Source: Candidatus Heimdallarchaeum aukensis (GTDB lineage Archaea > Asgardarchaeota > Heimdallarchaeia > Heimdallarchaeales > Heimdallarchaeaceae). From it: a stretch of DNA of 64,000 bases. The stretch is taken from assembly GCA_021513695.1 (NCBI GenBank), contig CP084166.1, positions 416,001 to 480,000 of the forward strand. Reading direction: 5' to 3'. Shown here piece after piece: positions 60,701 through 64,000 of this stretch. The position numbers and the translations under genes were made by a program. The notes under the pieces were generated by a model, which did no database searches, was not told the origin of the DNA, and saw only the letters and a program-made list of their open reading frames with translations. Position 1 is the first letter of the stretch. Each line of letters opens with the position of its first letter.

Positions 60701-62244
60701 AAAGAATAAACATAACCGCTTGTAGTTTTTGACCAAGAAAATAAAGTTGAATAATAATTAATAAAAGAGTTATAGCGACTGTTACTTGTATTATAGTTAG
60801 TTGTTTTCCAATCAAAAACATTATCACAGCTAATTTGAGCAGCTAAAATATAACCATAATAATCTGAATAGTATAAATATTTGCCTTGAATAGTAATTAT
60901 TCTGTTTAAATATAAATAACCTGATAATATTGCTTCATTCGTGGATGAAGAATAAAAATGCTTTGCATAAACATTTGAAGAGGAACAATATAGTAATTCC
61001 CAATTATAATCATTGTCCACATCGGTAAGTATAGGTTCTTCTTGAATATTTAGACCTAAGGAACTACTATACTCATTTAATATCTCTCCGGTGAAAGAAA
61101 AACTTTTTTGTTCTCCGTTTGTTGATAGAGTAACTATTTCATACTCTCTATCCCAATTAATATCAACAATTATAGGACCTAACCACTCTGAATCACCTGA
61201 AGAAGTAAGCCAAGAATGAATAGTAGTACCATTATTTGATAAAAGATAAAGATTTCTTCCTGCAGGGCAAACAATGTCTATTTTACTGTCTTTGTTGATG
61301 TCTGCAACTGCAAGAGGATGAGTAATAGGCTCTGTTAAATCTTTAGGAAAATTTGAGATGATGTCTCCATTTCCTTTCCACGCGTAAACTTTTCCATCGG
61401 TACTACCTACAATAACATCTTTGGAACCATCATTGTCTACATCAGCTAAAACTGGTGCAACTATTACTTCTCCTCCTGTTGTTTTAGGCCAACCAGCTAA
61501 AAGATTTCCACTTCCATCAAATGCATAAACTTTTGAACTGTTAGATCCAACCACTATCTCATTTTTATCGTCTCCATTAATATCTCCAACTGCTAATGTT
61601 TCTTCTACTGGTCCCTCACAATTGACTGGCCAACCTGGTATACTAGTACCATCACCGTAAAATGCGTAAACCGAACCATTAGCTGCTCCTATAATTATTT
61701 CTTCAGTTGCACTATTTCCATCTATATTAGCTAACATTGGTGTAGATATTAAAGCAACACCTATGTTTTTTCCATCTATCCAATTTGAAGATTCTGTACC
61801 ATCTATCTCGTAAACTCTTATTATGCCATTTAACGTTCCTACAACAATTTCATAATTTCCATCTCCGTCTATATCCCCTGCTCCAGGTCCTCCTTTTAAC
61901 TCTCCCCCTACATATATTGGCCAACTACCAAAAGAATTGAGAGATTGAGAGATTTTTTTACCTGAAAAATTGTTATCTAAAAGTTCAGAACGGGAAGAAG
62001 TTGTTTTGATCTCTATGTCGTTGTTCGCTTCTTCAACTCTTTGTAAATCTGTGTGATAATCATTATTTTGACTTACATTATTTTGACTTACATTACTTTG
62101 TTGTGAATCTAAAATGATATTATTAAAATCTTTCATCACTAGAGAATTTGTAGTCATTGAACTTGTAATTATAATTAGTAATGCTACTACCATTCCTGAA
62201 TATTTTGATTTCCCTCTAAAACTTTTTTTTATTCGTTTCATCAT
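57796..62244 (-). CDS. Giant integrin-like type I membrane protein: signal peptide, FG-GAP/VCBS beta-propeller repeats, TSP3-like Ca-binding repeats including near-perfect 96-aa tandem units, a TM helix, and a 170-aa cytoplasmic tail
   Basis: 1482 aa. FG-GAP signatures (IADVDGDGNYEIVVG, VGDINGDDKNEIVVG, LADVDNDGSKDVIVG). About 9 repeats of GGVVIWNSDGSVVAGWPKTTSGYVYSLAVADVDDDSxLEIIAGY. DTDSDGLDDFDE-type units. A TM helix (ILTIISIVTGAVIVTGAVAFLTFIGI), then a basic-start cytoplasmic tail. Confidence 0.75.
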   Translation of the reverse strand: MMKRIKKSFRGKSKYSGMVVALLIIITSSMTTNSLVMKDFNNIILDSQQSNVSQNNVSQNNDYHTDLQRVEEANNDIEIKTTSSRSELLDNNFSGKKISQSLNSFGSWPIYVGGELKGGPGAGDIDGDGNYEIVVGTLNGIIRVYEIDGTESSNWIDGKNIGVALISTPMLANIDGNSATEEIIIGAANGSVYAFYGDGTSIPGWPVNCEGPVEETLAVGDINGDDKNEIVVGSNSSKVYAFDGSGNLLAGWPKTTGGEVIVAPVLADVDNDGSKDVIVGSTDGKVYAWKGNGDIISNFPKDLTEPITHPLAVADINKDSKIDIVCPAGRNLYLLSNNGTTIHSWLTSSGDSEWLGPIIVDINWDREYEIVTLSTNGEQKSFSFTGEILNEYSSSLGLNIQEEPILTDVDNDYNWELLYCSSSNVYAKHFYSSSTNEAILSGYLYLNRIITIQGKYLYYSDYYGYILAAQISCDNVFDWKTTNYNTSNSRYNSFINYYSTLFSWSKTTSGYVYSLAVGDVDGDSELEILAGYYGGVVIWNSDGTVIPGWPKTTSGDVYSLALADVDGDLKLEIVAGGGYVDDGGVVIWNSDGSVVAGWPKTTSGYVYSLALADVDGDSELEIIAGYRDAGYGGVVIWNSDGSVVAGWPKTTSGYVYSLAVADVDDDSTLEIIAGYGGGVIIWNSDGTVVPGWPKTSDDVRSLAVADVDDDLTLEIIAGYGGGVVIWNSDGSVVAGWPKTTSGYVYSLAVADVDDDSTLEIIAGYGEYYSGGVIIWNSDGTVVPGWPQTTSETSGEVHSLTIADVDNDSALEIIAGYRIDFGGGVVIWNSDGTVVPGWPKTTSGTFWSLAVADVDNDSSLEILAGYGDVSNMGVSIWNSIGLGYAPLYTDSVNNQRTGEYLDTDNDGLFDHEEEILGTDMSKVDTDSDGLDDFDEVVNYSTDPTTSDTDSDGLDDFSEINVYSTDPTTSNTDSDGLTDGEEVNTYGTDPLVSDTDEDGMPDGYEVHSGLDPLTDDSNSDLDGDGLTNLEEFNVGTFANSTDTDGDLMDDLWEVQTGTNAIVNDSNSDFDNDNLSNFEEYTLGTFANNSDTDEDGMPDGYEVHSGLDPLTDDSNSDLDGDGLTNLEEFNVGTFANSTDTDGDLMDDLWEVQTGTNAIVNDSNSDFDNDNLSNFEEYTLGTFANNSDTDEDGMPDGYEVHSGLDPLTDDSNSDLDGDGLTNLEEFNVGTFANSTDTDNDGLTDYEEIKEYFTNPTSSDSDSDGLTDYEEVKIYRTDPNNSDTDGDGENDGKEIENGFDPLNPKSNLEHKLKVKRILTIISIVTGAVIVTGAVAFLTFIGIRLYLRKRASSFGFSSIKEMYTAMKLGFKTKSEWEEISAQGYKTKSEYMKALKREEDYKTLINLLNQFKPNISVTLQRISELSGLSKSVVEEYLKDILQANPDIGEYYELEQSFVRKETIDIDNEIDRLLSQYRDWEIIGEGKKKE
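58537..59275 (-). repeat. Near-identical 288-bp tandem DNA repeat (about 2.6 copies) inside the giant surface-protein gene
   Basis: The string aacttcccacaaatcatccatcaagtcaccatcagtatcagtactattagcaaacgtacc begins at 58801 and again at 59089. Hundreds of bases are identical between copies. Confidence 0.7.
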
Positions 62245-62491
62245 TTTTTTGAATTACTTATATTTTATAAAATTTTTTTTAATAATAATTCTCTAAGAAC
62301 ACGTTTAAATTTTAAAAAAATGTCACTTCGCTACTTCTCACAAGTCTGTTTCAATTTACCATATCTATATTATAGACACTTTTTTAGGAAATTTATGACG
62401 GGAATGCAAATAATTACGTATTGGTTATTCAAATGCTTCTATTTTCAATCATATCCGATATCTTTAAATTTTAAAATTCTTTTTTGCAAAT

Positions 62492-63616
62492 ATGATTTCT
62501 TATTACTCTATAGGTTTATTCTTATTTGAGCAACTTACTTTTATTACTAGCAGCATTATTTTGTTTAGAACTTACAAGCAGACTCGCTTTCTTTCTCACT
62601 TCCTTTTGGGTACTAGCTATCTTTTGTGGGTTTTCAATTCTATAGGAAGATTCATTACTTCTTTTTTCAGTGAAAATGTAATAATCTTCGACAATACTCG
62701 ACTTATTTCACTTATTTGGATCATTGTTAACTGTTTGTTAATTCTTGGAATGATTTTCGTTTTCTATTCTTTTATTTATTTCAAGACTAACAGATTACAT
62801 CCTATAATAAACATAGTTAGTTTTTTAGGAGGAGCATTATTTCTTGCATTTATAATACCTGATTTCACTGAATTGACTTACTCTGAACAACTTGGAGCTT
62901 GGTCTGCGAAATATAGTATTTGGATATCTGTTCTTGTTATTCCAATGCTTTTATTCTTCATTTTTTCTTTTATTCTTCCCATTTCTACAAAAATTGTTAG
63001 AACTACTGACAAAGATATTCGTAAGCAACTATTTGTGCAGATAGTCGGACTTATTATCGTAATTATCTGGGCATTTTTCGCTGGTTTTACTAGCAATGCT
63101 GTTCTTCGAGCTGTTCGTCCTTTCCTTATGGCAACAGGCTGGTTTATCTGGTCTTTAACTTTGATAATGGATCCTTTCAACATAATGATTTCTAACGCTA
63201 AAATTAGTCAATTATTGATTACAACTACTAGCGGTTTACCAATCTATTATGATGACTTCACTTTTGATGAAAAAGAAGTAAAAAGTGAGATTTCTGCAGA
63301 TCTAGCTTCAGGTTTAATTTCAGGAGTTACCCAAGCTCTAGAGCAAATAATGGAAAGAAAATCGGAATTAAACACTGTAGTATATAAAGACAAAGTTATA
63401 GGTACTACTGCAGTAGGCTATCTTCAAGCATATATTTTTGGAGAAAGATTTGATAAAACTTTAGAAACTGTATTAAATGTTCTTCTAAGAGAAATACAAG
63501 ATAATCCAGCTCTTGCTTTAAAAATCACTCCCAACTTTGTAGATCTAGATGGGGCTTCAGGAAAAATCTTGAAACTCATAGTTGAAAAAAATCTAAAGAG
63601 AATATTAGTAATTTAA
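62492..63616 (+). CDS. Hypothetical membrane protein (N-terminal polytopic domain) with a roughly 130-aa C-terminal cytoplasmic alpha/beta domain
   Basis: 374 aa with six to seven TM helices. The soluble C-terminal domain (SADLASGLISGVTQALEQI...VVYKDKVIGTTAVGYLQAYIF...) is possibly roadblock/LC7-like. That assignment is a weak guess. Confidence 0.4.
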   Translation: MISYYSIGLFLFEQLTFITSSIILFRTYKQTRFLSHFLLGTSYLLWVFNSIGRFITSFFSENVIIFDNTRLISLIWIIVNCLLILGMIFVFYSFIYFKTNRLHPIINIVSFLGGALFLAFIIPDFTELTYSEQLGAWSAKYSIWISVLVIPMLLFFIFSFILPISTKIVRTTDKDIRKQLFVQIVGLIIVIIWAFFAGFTSNAVLRAVRPFLMATGWFIWSLTLIMDPFNIMISNAKISQLLITTTSGLPIYYDDFTFDEKEVKSEISADLASGLISGVTQALEQIMERKSELNTVVYKDKVIGTTAVGYLQAYIFGERFDKTLETVLNVLLREIQDNPALALKITPNFVDLDGASGKILKLIVEKNLKRILVI

Positions 63617-63774
63617 TTAATTTGCATTCTTTTCTTCCTTTTTCTTTCTTATGTTCTATATTTAGCTTTTATTATACTAGGTAAATATACGAAACTATCA
63701 TATCTTTTAATATAAGTTCAAAATAGTTGATTAATAGGAAATAAACTTTTAAATAACCAATTTTAGAAATAAAT

Positions 63775-64000
63775 ATGATTGCACCAACTATTGATTCTTT
63801 ATGGTCTGCAGCTTTGGGATATTTTTTTGGTTCAATACCCTTATCTTTTATAATCGTCAAAGTTTTTCTTGACGGGTTAGATATTCGAACAGTTGGATCA
63901 AAAAATGTCGGTGGAAGAAATGTTATTAGATCTTTCAAGTATAAAGGAAAGTCAAATAATGTTGCTTATACTATGGGGTTAATTGTAGCTATCTTTGATA
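63775..64000 (+). CDS. plsY: PlsY-like acyl-phosphate:glycerol-3-phosphate acyltransferase, 5' fragment truncated by the window end
   Basis: ATG at 63775. [38 protein letters not shown] matches the PlsY N-terminal consensus (LGSIP...G.D.R..GSGN.GATNV.R). Confidence 0.5.
   Translation, partial: MIAPTIDSLWSAALGYFFGSIPLSFIIVKVFLDGLDIRTVGSKNVGGRNVIRSFKYKGKSNNVAYTMGLIVAIFD

Overview
This is an AT-rich (roughly 30% GC by eye) chromosomal window that looks archaeal. An Asgard (Lokiarchaeia-like) archaeon is most plausible, but that is inference from gene content: a eukaryote-like ubiquitin module, an archaeal two-subunit 2-oxoacid:ferredoxin oxidoreductase, many coiled-coil and receptor-like membrane proteins, and bacterial-type PlsY. 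About 45 protein-coding genes can be supported. No rRNA, tRNA or CRISPR array was seen. Main contents, left to right:
- a CopB-type P1B copper ATPase;
- an unusual 1929-aa tandem-duplicated UvrA with four ABC modules;
- a lone receiver domain;
- two orphan beta-class DNA methyltransferases;
- an ABC exporter pair;
- an E1-like / JAMM / Ub-fold / E2-like operon, followed by two winged-helix proteins that may be ESCRT-II-like;
- CoaBC;
- a 2-oxoacid:ferredoxin oxidoreductase alpha/beta pair;
- a class I/II aminotransferase and a GH3/ANL-like adenylating enzyme;
- a truncated PlsY-like gene at the right edge.
A striking theme is an expanded family of five large surface proteins. They combine right-handed beta-helix or beta-propeller modules (SBBP or FG-GAP/integrin-like) with thrombospondin type-3-like Ca-binding D-x-D-x-D-G repeats. 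Several are type I membrane proteins with cytoplasmic tails. Features not explained by genes:
- two inverted copies of a 106-bp MITE-like element with 9-bp terminal inverted repeats and TA flanks, 10 kb apart;
- near-perfect tandem DNA repeats inside two surface-protein genes;
- an in-frame TAA that splits an otherwise continuous 890-codon surface-protein gene;
- a pair of divergent paralogous Zn-ribbon proteins that bracket a gene cluster.
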